Under the pieces are notes generated by a model that was given only the letters and a program-made list of their open reading frames with translations, ran no database searches and was not told the origin of the DNA. Positions 1 to 19,929 of a stretch of 64,000 nt of DNA are shown here, piece by piece. Source of the DNA: Antedon mediterranea (taxonomy: Eukaryota > Animalia > Echinodermata); NCBI RefSeq assembly GCF_964355755.1, contig NC_092673.1, positions 27,897,648-27,961,647 of the forward strand. The letters run 5' to 3'. Made by a program: the position numbers and the translations under genes. Positions within the stretch are counted from its first letter, which is position 1, and every line of letters starts with the position of its first letter.

Positions 1-244
1 AGTACCTTGTTTTTGAACAGTGTATATCTACCATACCATACATATACCATGACATTTACAACACAAAAACATAATTCCACATCCGAATATAAATATATCT
101 AAAGGCTATTACACTAGGATGATACGGATCGACAATAAATAGACAAATATGCATTTTTCATACATAAAACAAATAAATAAAATATAATAGTTAATTATAT
201 CTCAACCGTAATTGTAATAGTAAATAACGATTATTTTATTTACC

Positions 245-640
245 TCACGTTTCGCCAACTATCTTATGTCACCATTGACCTCTAGATGAGGGTTAACACA
301 TTGGTCCGCACTGGACTGAGTTTGTAACCGCCCTCATCTCTATTAAAATTGGGGGTCTTCCTTATCCAGATGGATTCCTTAACCCAGCGTCTTAATCTGA
401 CCAATTCCCTGTCAACTACTTTCAAATAGTGCCCAATTTTCGTCCTGTTTCACCGATATACAATCCTCACCGCTCAGTATTACAGATTGCGTATACAAGA
501 TCCCCTGTGCTGGTTGCAACAGATCGTATATCGGTGAGACAGGACGAAAATTGGGCACTTGACTACAAGAACACCTAAAGGATGTTGATTTGGTCTCGGA
601 ACGAGCGTACACACGATCGCACATATTTTTGGTCTGAGCT
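245..640 (-). mobile_element. Penelope-like retroelement fragment (GIY-YIG endonuclease end), degenerate
   Basis: Minus strand reads LVYAI..*.LYIGETGRKLGT and, in another frame, KVVDRELVRLRRWVKESIWIRKTPNFNRDEGGYKLS. Confidence 0.8.
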
Positions 641-687
641 CTGACAGTAATCGTTTTTTTAAATTTTTTATTCTTTAAATCTTGCAG

Positions 688-8515
<7,828 letters not shown>

Positions 8516-9368
8516 TAGATTTTCTATCACGAAAATGAATTGAACAAAAATGCTTTATTGTTGATTTCTATGGATTCTTCAAGCTATTGTTACAATTTTT
8601 TCTATGAATACAGTGCATATTTCTCATGTTATTGTATAATATAAAACCTGTTTTCAAATGTTTAGTTAACATATTAAAATAACAATACTACAGTTAAAGT
8701 AGTAAGTGCATCAATGCATTGTAGGAGTGCATCGCTACCATAAACTATGTATTACCATAAAAGGCTTGCCAACTAATTGTATTAAATAGGTCAACATGTA
8801 ATTACTGCAGTAGAATCGTAACATTACTGCTGTAACTCAAGTAACTGCAGTAGAATCATTTTAACATGATCCCTAATTCTTTTATTTTGATGTTCTTGGT
8901 AAAACTTAATATAAACAAAAGAATATAATCTAGTCGTATAGAATAATAGGATTCAACAATATCTAAATACTGTACAACAACAATTCCAAAAAATACTTGA
9001 ACAATATGTTGCATTTATGATGCTCCAGTGGCTTTCATATATTTTGATGACGCCTAATCATAAGTGAGTTGTGAGCATGTGCAGTTAATCTTAACGGTTC
9101 TACTTCTATATCTTCAAAATCTTTGACTTTGACAAATATATGACTGCAGTAAATGTATAGTTTGTATAATCGTTATTCAAATATTAAATTTAAAAATGTT
9201 GTAAAAAAAATGTCTTGTAGGACTTAAAATGTCAATGTTCCCATTTTTGTATATCTTAAAATTGTATTAATAAAAAAATGATAAAATTCAATATTTCCCC
9301 GAAAATTTAGTGATTTAGTATTTTTGATAAAATAATTGTGATTAAATTTTTGTATTTGAATTTAGCTC

Positions 9369-9374
9369 AATAAA
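9369..9374 (+). terminator. Candidate DNMT1 polyadenylation signal
   Basis: AATAAA followed ~25 nt later by a GT/T-rich tract (tgtgtgctcagtgttttatttt); other AATAAA occur nearby. Confidence 0.4.
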
Positions 9375-9772
9375 TTTATATTTGTCAGAAAAGAAATGTG
9401 TGCTCAGTGTTTTATTTTATTTTGTAATTATTGTACCAGATTATCTCTACTGTAGTCTTATTTTGTCCAGTATCATAGGCACATTCTGTATACAATATCA
9501 CATGTGTATCATATGTTACACTGTATTACAGAATTGAGTATGTTACTGAGCAAATTATAGATACGATACACAATATATATTGCATGTCTACATTATTAAT
9601 TATATTAAGTGTTTATGAAAAAAAAAACCTAAAACTCGGTGAGTGAAAGTTGTATATTTATTTTTTTATAGAAAGAAAGTCACCTTCTTTTCTAGTGAAA
9701 TGTTACTTTTTAAAATCGTATATATATACGACTTAACATTGTACAGATTATGATCTCAGTAAATAGCAAATA

Positions 9773-9853
9773 GTTGGTTCATGGAGGTATAAAATAGACC
9801 CTCCATGGTTGGTTTAACCAAAGATCTTATATACAAAAGATCTTTGGTTTAAC
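9773..9853. mobile_element. Two adjacent 28-bp CA...TG hairpin elements, each with a 7-bp target-site duplication (P-like footprints or micro-MITEs)
   Basis: gttggtt[catggagg tataaaatagac cctccatg]gttggtt (9780-9807) and gtttaac[caaagatctt atatacaa aagatctttg]gtttaac (9819-9846). Confidence 0.8.
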
Positions 9854-9859
9854 TTGTTC

Positions 9860-9930
9860 AAGATAGAGGGCGTAATTTGTATGAAGAGAGCGCGCGAAGC
9901 GGCATGTATTTCGCGGGAGAAGACTGTCCA
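9860..9930. promoter_or_regulatory. Putative promoter: local CpG cluster with E2F-like site
   Basis: agcgcgcgaagcggc...TTTCGCGGGA within otherwise CpG-poor DNA. Confidence 0.4.
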
Positions 9931-10499
9931 TTTAAATTTAAATTGTTTAACTTACGGCATGTAACCAAGGAAGACCTATAGGGTAGTATAGCCGACATGG
10001 AGATATCGGTTGATTATCATCAATTACTTCATAATGTAGGCAATCAATGCATGGTTAATTAGATGTAGGCCTACATATTATTGAGAAGTCCTCCTTCCTC
10101 TCTTGCTTGCTGTCCCCGTGTGTTTTACTACAGAAGATTTCAACAAGGTCATTTCGGCCTTTTGTTGGACATTTTTTCCATTTACACTCTTTTGTTTGTG
10201 CAGTAATCTAACTAAATCAATAATTTCTTTTGTTTATTAAAGGTGTGTAGAACTTTATTTATATTAAAACCACAGGAGGTAGGATCAGTGAACTTAGTAA
10301 ATTGATTTTTTAATTGAATTTAAAGACTGTACTTTCTGCTTGATATTTTTATAGGTATTTATGAGATCAGATAATAATTGAATGAAATCAACAAAACTGT
10401 AGGCCTACTGATTTCATAATTGAACATTATTACTAAGAATGAGAGTTAAACACTAGTAAAGTAAACATTAAATTCAATCTCTCATCCCATCCATCTTCA

Positions 10500-10790
10500 A
10501 GACTATCAACAATCGATTTATATAGCGCCATTCCATGTCCAGCAATACTGAAAGTCTGGTCTCCCCAACTATGTTTGCTCCTCGGAATGTCCAGTAAAAA
10601 CCTGATGACTAGATGTTAGTTCTCGCTTTCGCTCCTTGATTGTCAATAATTCTGAGAGGTATTTGGGAGTGCAACTATTTAGGCATCGGAACACCAGTAG
10701 CAGGATCTTAAATTGAACACGCGACTCCATGTGTAGCCATTTAAACTCTTAACAATGGTGTAACATGTATATATTCGTGGTGTTATTTTA
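10500..10790 (-). mobile_element. L2/CR1-group LINE 3' fragment
   Basis: Minus strand HVTPLL..WLHMESRVQFKILLLVFRCLNSCTPKYLSELL; tail ggcgctatataaatcg is shared with the 57620-57700 fragment. Confidence 0.75.
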
Positions 10791-10824
10791 CAGGATCAGA
10801 ACAATCAGACTGGAGCTACCAAAT

Positions 10825-10999
10825 CGACCTGATGATCTTAGCAAGCTTTTTTCTGCTGTGATGTCAATGTGGTAGGATGAAAAAAATGTCTGTTGGAAGA
10901 CTGGGTTTTGCTAGCAAGACTTCAATGGCAGCTTGGTGACTGTGTACATAACCCGAGCAAGCCATTGTTTTTAGCTTTTGTGTGATGTCAATGTGACAG
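10825..10999 (+). pseudogene. Decayed DNMT1 BAH1-like exon relic, internally duplicated
   Basis: RPDDLSK..VMSMW*D (10825-10878) and LGDCVHNPSKPLFLA..VMSM* (10932-10996) resemble DNMT1 BAH1 GDCV..PDD.SKPL.LA.V..W.D; ends at cag|gtgag. Confidence 0.6.
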
Positions 11000-11369
11000 G
11001 TGAGCCTATGTTTCATGCTCAGTGGTTTCTGCAAGTTTAATTTATTTAACATAATATATATATTACACTGTACATACAATAACAGAATGAATGTGTACAT
11101 AAGATAAGGAATTAACCATTTTATATGTACCTACAAAAGTTTAAACTTACAATAGTACTTCCTCATTGCCTATGATATAAGAATAATTAAGATAATTATA
11201 TTTTGTTGTTAAACATAAATTTTATTGTATATTATTCATCATCAGTTATTTGCTGTTTCATTGACATTTATTGCTTTTGTGTTTTAAAAAGTAATTATTT
11301 TTTCTTTCTTTTAAACGCCCTCCATTTCTTCTGTATTTAACTAAAATTGGTAGCAAAATTTATCTCCCA

Positions 11370-11510
11370 TTGCTCTGCTTTGTTTAGGTGGTCCTTGAAT
11401 GCATTAATGTTTTCTGCTTGTACTGTAGTGTGGTATAGATTGTTCCATGTGTTGATGATTCTACTTGAAAAGGAGTGGCTTCTGATTTTATATAATGTTC
11501 TGTATTTATT
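11370..11510 (-). mobile_element. CR1-like LINE 3' fragment
   Basis: Minus strand IRSHSFSSRIINTWNNLYHTTVQAENINAFKDHLNK. Confidence 0.7.
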
Positions 11511-12637
11511 GTATGTTATTTGCTTTGGACTAAAATATCAAATCAAAATATGATTTCATGAACGTATTAAACCATATGCCCACTACGCAGAGGTGTTCGT
11601 TCTGAAACGGATCTTCTTATGTTAACACCACAAAGAACCAACCTAAAATCTGTGACTACAGACTTCTTTGCTAAGTCAGGCACCAGAGATCTGGAACAAA
11701 CTTCCTTGTTCCATCAGTTACACGCCGTCCCCTTTTCAATTCTTGAAAAATCACCTATTTCAATAGTTATTCTTTTCATGTTGTGCTGTGAAACTCCGGT
11801 AAAGGGCACTTTATAATTTTTTTATAATCCATTCATTCATTCATAATGGTATATTTATTAAAATCATCTTCACAGAAAAACTGAATTGTGACAATTTTTT
11901 ACATTAATAAAAGGTACTTAAAATATTTAAAATGTTTTAAAAAGATAGCATAAAATAACATCAAAAATTGAGAACCACACAATACATCATATAAAAACAT
12001 TAAAATAAACGAGCGCATCATCGAACTAGTAAAAATTTAAATGACTGGCCAAGTGAATTGAAAACATTTCTTAATTTAATGAGTGGTTCATTCTGATATG
12101 ACAGTATTTTACCATTCGGATATAAAACCTATTTTAACAGACTGACACAATGGCCTTGTTAACAATTATTTAAAATATACAGGTCAACTGATTTAATTTT
12201 GTCTGTGAACAATTCCCATTATGAATCGCTTCCATTTGTTGAGAATTTCTATAGTTACACCCTACTGTGTCCATAAAGTAATCCATAAAGAAAGAAACGT
12301 TTTCCTAACTTTTGACCCCTGACATAAAGCACTTGACAACACCAAATAGACAGTAATTTTCTTTTATACACGGTTAATTCCATAATTTGAAGACTAATTC
12401 TATCAAGCGTCATGTCAATGTCATGTTTAAGAGGTGGTCACTGCAAAATATAGTTTATATACCTCAACAAAAACTCGCTAAAATAATTGTATGAGCATGT
12501 TTTTAAAACAAAAAAGAATAAAAATATTTTATATTATAGTGCTGTAATTGTTTAAACCAATGGGTGTAATGAGTTAAATTGATTAAATAATAATACAATA
12601 ATAATTTTATTGAATAATCCACAATTTCTAATAGACC

Positions 12638-12959
12638 TTAAAAGATGTATTGTTCCCCTGAAAAAATTTATGTTTTTTCTTGAATATGCCATTTTTATGT
12701 CCCATAATATTTATTCACTCGAATAATTAATTGATCAAAAAAAAAAATACTTTCCTGAAAAAACCTCTAATTTTAAACAAAAAATTGTCAAATTGACTAG
12801 AAGTCAATGGGTTTTTAATTGAATTTAACTGTTTATTTGTCTTTTTATAAATAAAAACATTATTTTAGTTTTTATTAAAACTGTGAAATGGCCTATTTAA
12901 AGTTTTTTTTTTCTTAATCTTCATTTTTCATGTTTGTGGGGACAATACACCCAGTTTAA
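12638..12959. mobile_element. TTAA-flanked MITE (Kolobok-like; agatgtattgtcccc / gggacaatacatct ends)
   Basis: Inverted ends; related copies at ~13710-14027, 24515-24908, ~26718-27067, ~28080-28225. Confidence 0.6.
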
Positions 12960-15900
12960 TTGATCAGGTGATGGAATTCATTTCCTTTACAAAATGATGG
13001 AATTTCCAAGTTATTGTTCGTAAAGCACCTGTTTTTATGTTGTTGTGTAATTTTAGTGTAGACAGTTTGGAAACTTTATTTCACATTGTAGTGGGTAAAA
13101 GTACAGTATATACAGTATCCATTATCTGTTGAGTTCCGCTAGATTGCTACGGCATTGTAGCATATCGGGTGGAGTCAATTTTGTAATAATAGCTCATTGT
13201 GGCTGTCAATGGTGACTTAATTCTCTTTTGAAATACTTAACACGACTTCTCATGGTCTCTTCGATCATTAACTGATTGATCAGATAATTATTCTATGGGC
13301 AGGTAGGCTTACGTAGACAATCCTTATACAGTAGTAAACTACTACCTACTGGGTAGATACTAAGTGTTTGCGCCAAGGCCGCCATGGTGGGACCTGGGGC
13401 AAGGCAAATTTTGTTAAATGACACCCCTAGATGGCCGGAAATGGTAAATATCTACAAAAAAAAGTAAAAAATATGCTGACTGCTTGTTAATTTTGCACTG
13501 CAGTCTGTCAATTTACATATAGGCTCTTTAACCTTGGACTTCTATAATGTTAATGGTTATTATGATGAAATGGAATGTTAATTTAGTGGCAGAAAAAAAT
13601 TTAGTATGAAATTAGGGGTGCTGTTGCCCGGGCAACTGAGGCAACACCCCTGACCTGTTAAATTAAATGGCAGCGTGAAATTAATAGTTGAACGCCATTT
13701 AACCGTTTATCATGAAAAATAAAGATTAATCAAATCAGAATTTAAATAGGTTATTTTGTAGTTTTAATAAAGTTAATTTCTTCCGTAAAAAAAAAATTAT
13801 GTTTTCTCATATAAAATTACAAAATAAATGGTCAAATTCAATCAAAAACCCATTGGCTGGCAGCTAATTTGGCTATATGTTGCTTTAAATTGCAGTTTTT
13901 TTCAGGTAAATACATTTTTTATCGATTCAATTTTTGTTCAAAGTGGTTAACTATTGTGTGACATTAAAATGGCATATTTGACAAAAAAATGTGAAAAAAA
14001 AATTTTCTAAGGACAATACATCTTTAACGCTGCACCACAAATTTAAACGGTTATTTGGGAGCACAAATTTAGCAGAAATGTGATCAGTCTTAAATTATAA
14101 TTTTTAAATAAACTGTTTATTTCCCGGCCGGGGTTTATTTGGCAAACAGAAACAGACCACAGGCACTAACAATAAAAGGACCAATCGTGCACTTCTTCTA
14201 AAATGTACCACTGGAATGCAAGGGTGCATAGTATTCCCACAATACCATTTGTACATTAAGTGGCATTACCTTCAGGTAAACAATGAGGCTACTTCAAGTG
14301 CACATGATTATACTATACTTTTCCTTTTGTGTGGAAGAAGTCAGTGGTTGTTTATAGGCTCTGAATGAAATAAAAGAACACAATGATGTAGTGGCTTTCA
14401 AATTGATAGAATAGGCAGATGAATTGAAAGGGTTGCTCTTGGTGGATAAAATTCTACTGTTATAAAATACAATGGAAACTTTTGCAACAACATCATAAAG
14501 CAGCGTTGTGAAATATACGCCCTTTTTAAAGTAGAACTTCACGTTATTGTATAACTGTATATATGTTTTTCAATGACTTAAAATAACTAACTGATTGATT
14601 GCAATTTTGATTCATATACTTTTTCTTAAGAAAATGCCTCAAATTGACAACAACTTTGATGTCATTTTCTTTGAAAAGGTCCTTTTATGCGGCACCACAA
14701 AAATTGAAAAGACAAAACAATCTGTTTTGGCTTTTTAGTTGGAGAAAGAGCAGTTAATCCAGTTCAGGCCTACGCCTATTGCTTGCTCCTGGCAAGACTG
14801 TCATGACACCAAAACATTCTCACCGTTTGGAATCACAAATTTATTGAATGTTTGTTTTAATAATACAGCTTCTTTTATATTGAAACTATGGTTTTTGTTC
14901 AAAATTGACTGACTTTTTACCATTCCCTAGAAATTGGCTTTGTGGTTGTTATTGTTGCTATTATTGGTTGTTTTCATTGTCAAAATTGGATGTTTGGCGC
15001 ACCTTTTGGTTTTAAATGGTGCATGTCAATATATTAGTAGGCCTATACTTGAAATCAACGCCATTGTTTGGTTTGAAAGAGGAAATAGCGTGTTTTCCTT
15101 TAATTATTAATGTTGGTAGTTCAGAGAGCCTTGGCATTTATAATAAAATAATTTGACTTCACTTAAAAAAGAAAGAAAGAAAGTTTGATAAATCTGACCC
15201 TTGTACCATATACAGGGAAAACATTTTGTACAACATTTCATTCATACCCTACGAAATACAAAGGAAGAAAAGCTCTGTCTATCAAACTTTATGTGACATT
15301 ATGATGTCATATCACTACCCTATTTGAGCATATCATTACCATATTTGGGCAAATTACACTTTTTTGTCAAACTATCTTCTATAACCCAAATTTTCTTTTT
15401 TGTTAGCAGGAAAGCATCGTGAAATAATCCCTTTTTAAAAAAAGTTAAATGCTTCAGGACTTTTTCTATTTTTTTTTATAAATAATTACCCGGTTGTGTT
15501 TAGTCACTTTTTTATGTTTCAATTTGAACATATGTTTCAAACTGATTTGGTCGTCTAGTGTTTTAAGACTGTTAAAACTTGTTATTTTGTTTTTTGTTTT
15601 TATCTGTGTCTATTTTATAGATTCTATATTTTTTGTCCATTCATAAGCCAAAATCAGCTGGTGTTGTAAATAAAAGTTATTTAGGTTTAAACAAATACTT
15701 AGTTTAAATCAAGGGGTCCTAGCATAAATATAAGATAAATAAAAGCACAATAAAACAAAATTTGAAAGGCCCTTAACAACATGACTACAGTTTTGTACAG
15801 TATTAGCAGTTGTAATTACAACTTCCTGGTATTAGCCAGTTTTAGAATTGGTTCATATATCATCAACAATTCTTTTATTGTAACCAGTTACACAGTTGGA

Positions 15901-16670
15901 ATCCTTGATAAATATCCTTCTGTTCTTGAAATCCTCTGTCAATGACAAATATCTTGCATGAAAACCAAATTGAATTGATTCGTGATTTACACCTATTAAA
16001 TAGATCAATCAAAATACAGTAGTGCCCACTCTTTTTGCCAAAAAATGCACCAAAAAAAAATGCAATCCCAATGCAGAGAACATTCACTCTATTTAAAGGG
16101 ACTGTATGAGTCCTGGATGTATCCCCTTGATAATCGTCTATTGTACTGTATTAGCATTAGCAGGTTCTTGAAAAGTTCATTTTGTTAAGCTCTGTCTACA
16201 CTATCAAACTAGTTTGAAAAAAACAAATGTGATGTGCCCAAATATGGTAGTGATACGCTTAAATATGGTAGTGATGTGACATCATCATGTCCATGGGCAC
16301 ATCACATACAGTTTGACAGTCCTTTTCCTTGATTTATATTTATAATATTAAAAAATAAATAAATATATAAATATTAAAACTAAAAAACATTACTAATGTA
16401 CAATTTGAAGTACCTTGTGCTTGTTATAGTATAAACATTGTTTTTGGCTTTTTTTAAACATTTTGTCAGATCTTTCTCATTGTTTTTACAGTTTTTTAGT
16501 AGTGTTTTTACAAAACATACTAAGACAAATTTATATTTTGGGTTGTAAAAGAAAATATGTATTTCACTATACTATCTATGTAGGGAGGTAGACATGCAAC
16601 ATCATTACTTAACTGACTTAAACACAAACAAACAGTGTTAGAAGTAGGTGTGTTTCAAATATTACAAAGA

Positions 16671-17852
16671 CTAGATGGTACGCGAGCGAAGCGAGCGTAC
16701 CATCTAGGTCGTGCCCACAGATGGTTCCCGAATACACAGTAATTTCAGCAAAACAAAACTGGCGATTTCAAATGTACGTACCGCAGGACTACAATACATT
16801 GTCGTTTACAGAAACGAATAAATAGACACAATGATTTATGTAGTCAACTAAAATTAGCACCCTGGGAATTACTTCCGAAGGAGAAACTTATCACAAAATG
16901 AGTCCAAATTTTTGATTTGGACTCATGTAAAGAAACCAAATTTGTGTTTTGTATGTAACATTAGGGTTGAGGGATGGGAAAGCGGATAGGTACAAAGACA
17001 AACAATTTTTAAATATATTCTTTATCCACTCAGTAACGAAATATTTTGTTCATGTTTTATAGGCCTATAAATAATATACCTCTAAATACAGTAAAACATT
17101 TGCGATTTAATACTTTGTTAAAACTGTCACTGTCATAATCGATTGAAATATTAAAGTACATGTCACGATACACCACTACGACGTTTATATTATTGGTAAT
17201 TATTAATTAATACAAACGTTGAGAAGGAACTGTCAGTATAAAGTTTATTTTGTATATAATAATGTGTTTACAGTATATATCTAACAGTAAAGCCTAACAA
17301 CAATCTCAGTAATAAAGTTTATTTGTATATATTTTTATATTACATCTAACAGTACGAACATTCACAGTAAGAAATGTTCGATTCAAATGAGGACCAAAAA
17401 TAGTTAATAGGTATTTACAGTATTGTCAAAGTATTGCAAGTTTATTCTCAAAGGGCCCATATATTTACCTACCGTATGTGTTAAACCAAAGGCTCATAAA
17501 TTTACCTACTTGTGTTAAACCAAACTCTGGCAGACTGAGAGATTGGGATGTTCCATTCATCGCAAATCAATACATTTGTATAATCGTATATTAAATCTAT
17601 CAAATTAGTATTTTTTAAAGAAAATCGGCCTGTCTTCAACATTAAGATACTGTACTCTAGCTGTTCAACCGGCTGTTCGTTTTAATCGTCAATAACTAAT
17701 TATCTAACTTAATTTAATTAGTAAACAGGGTTACATCAGGTGGTTAAAATCAGTACCGAAAGTACGAACCAACTTTATATACCATCGAGTAAAAATTCTA
17801 GAAGTAAGGCGCGATTTACCAAATTTTGCCCTTACGTAAATTTATATATAGA
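16671..17852 (-). mobile_element. Non-autonomous Helitron, copy 1
   Basis: Minus strand starts A|TCTATATATAAATTTACG and ends in a 13-bp palindrome terminating CTAG|T; no TSD. Confidence 0.8.
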
Positions 17853-18252
17853 TTACAATATCCATCATTTGTCAACATGAAATAAAATTTGTTGACTAAT
17901 GAAGGATATCGTACCAACTCTTTGTAACATTTGAAACACGTACGCATAATTGTTTGTTGGTATTTTATTGGCATCACCATAATAGTAGTACAGGGATTTT
18001 TTCAAAATTGGCCAAAATATTGACTTTTGCAATAATATTACCATATATGCACATATATTGCATTATCACCATCTTATAGAGTCATAGTAACCAGTTATTT
18101 AAACAAATAAATGGGTCATTTTTTGAAAATTTCCCTGTACAATACGAACCTCAAATGTGTTGACATATTAAAAATATATCAATTTTGTGAAATATCAAAG
18201 ATACTACCATAACACAATTAAATCTTATGTCTATAAAACATATTAATAACAA

Positions 18253-19536
18253 CTAAATGGCACGCTCGCTTCGCTCGCGTACCATCTAGGTCATGCTCAC
18301 AGATGGTTCTCGAATACACAGTATTTTCCAGCGAGAAAAAAATGGAGATTTCAAATGTACGTACTGCAGGACTATAATACATTGTCGTTTACAGAAACGA
18401 ATAAATATACACGATGATTTATGTAGTCAGCTAAAATTAGCACCCTGGGAATTACTTCCGAGAGAGAAACAAAATGAGTAAATTTTTTTTATTTGGACTC
18501 ATTTAAACAAACCCAATTTGTGTTTTGTATGTAACATTAAGGGTTGAGGGAGGGGGAAGAAGATAGGTACAAAGAGGAAACATTTTAAAATATATTTTTA
18601 TCCACTAAGTAACGAAATATTGTTTTTAATGTTTTATAGGCCTATAAATAATATACCACTAAATACAGTAAAACATTTACGATTTAATACTTTGTTAAAA
18701 CTCTCACTGTCATAGTCGATTGAAATAGTAAAGTACATGTAACGATACACCACTACGTACGTTTATATATTTTTAAATTATTAATTAATACAAACGTTGA
18801 GAAGCAACTGTCAGTAATAACGTTTATTTATTTGTATATTATATGTTTATAATCTAACAGTAGGGCCTACCCACACTCACAGTAATAAAGTTTATTTGTT
18901 TATATTATATCTAACAGTACCAACACTCACAGTAAGAAATTTGCGATTCAAATTGCGATCAAAAGTGGTTAATACCTTAACAGTATTGTACAGCATTGCA
19001 ATACTATTTATGTTTATTCTCCAAGGGGGCCCATAAATCTAAATCTATACCTCTATGGTTAAACCAAATAATTTGGAATGTTCCATTCATCGCAAATCAA
19101 TACATTTGTATAAACGTATATTAAATCTATCAAAATATTATCTTTTAAAGAAAATCGGCCTGTCTTCAACATTAAGATGCGGTACTCGAGCTGTTCAACC
19201 GGTTTTCAGCCATTAAAAACAATTATCGTAGGAGGAGATAGGAAAATGCGAAGCATCCTCGTATTATTGTCTGCGGGTATTTTTCAAGACGGACATCCAT
19301 TAGACAGTGTATACCACGATCGAAAAACACCCCTATTTGGGGCAAATCGTTGAACCTAAATTCGTTTTAATTGTCAATAACTAATTATCTAACTTAATTT
19401 AATTAGTAAACAGGGTTACATCAGGTGGTTAAAATCAGTACCTAGATTCTAACCAACTTTATATACCATCGAGTAAAAATTCTAGAAATAAACCGCGATT
19501 TATCGAATTTTGCCCTTACGTAAATTTATATATAGA
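18253..19536 (-). mobile_element. Non-autonomous Helitron, copy 2 (same orientation as copy 1)
   Basis: Same termini (A|TC ... TTAG|T); colinear with copy 1 plus a ~185-bp segment absent from copy 1. Confidence 0.8.
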
Positions 19537-19929
19537 TAATAATTGTTCAATATATCAACTTTTGTAATCAACATGAACTACACTAAGCTCTGTCTACACT
19601 ATCAAACTAGTTTGACAAAAAAATGTGTGATGTACCATATATGGTAGTGATATACCCAAATATGGTAGTGATGTGATATCATGTATACAACTGATTTCTT
19701 TTAACTTTTAGTTGATACAAGCAAGGCAGCAAAAACCTGGAGTATTATGTGACATCATTAATGTATGGAATCTGCTCATGAATTGGTGTCCCGGTTCATA
19801 TTCATATTTTTTTATCATTAAGAAATCTTTTCACATACATACATATTTTATTATTTGTACAGAATTGCTATTGGATTCAAGGTTTTTTCATTTAAAACTG
19901 TTAAAAAAACCATGTTTTTTTTCTTTAAG

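Noticed and set aside
13120-14280. Possible relics of DNMT1 BAH2 exons near 13130-13302 and 14200-14275
   Set aside because: Both end at plausible cag|gt donors, but similarity is too weak to call without an alignment.
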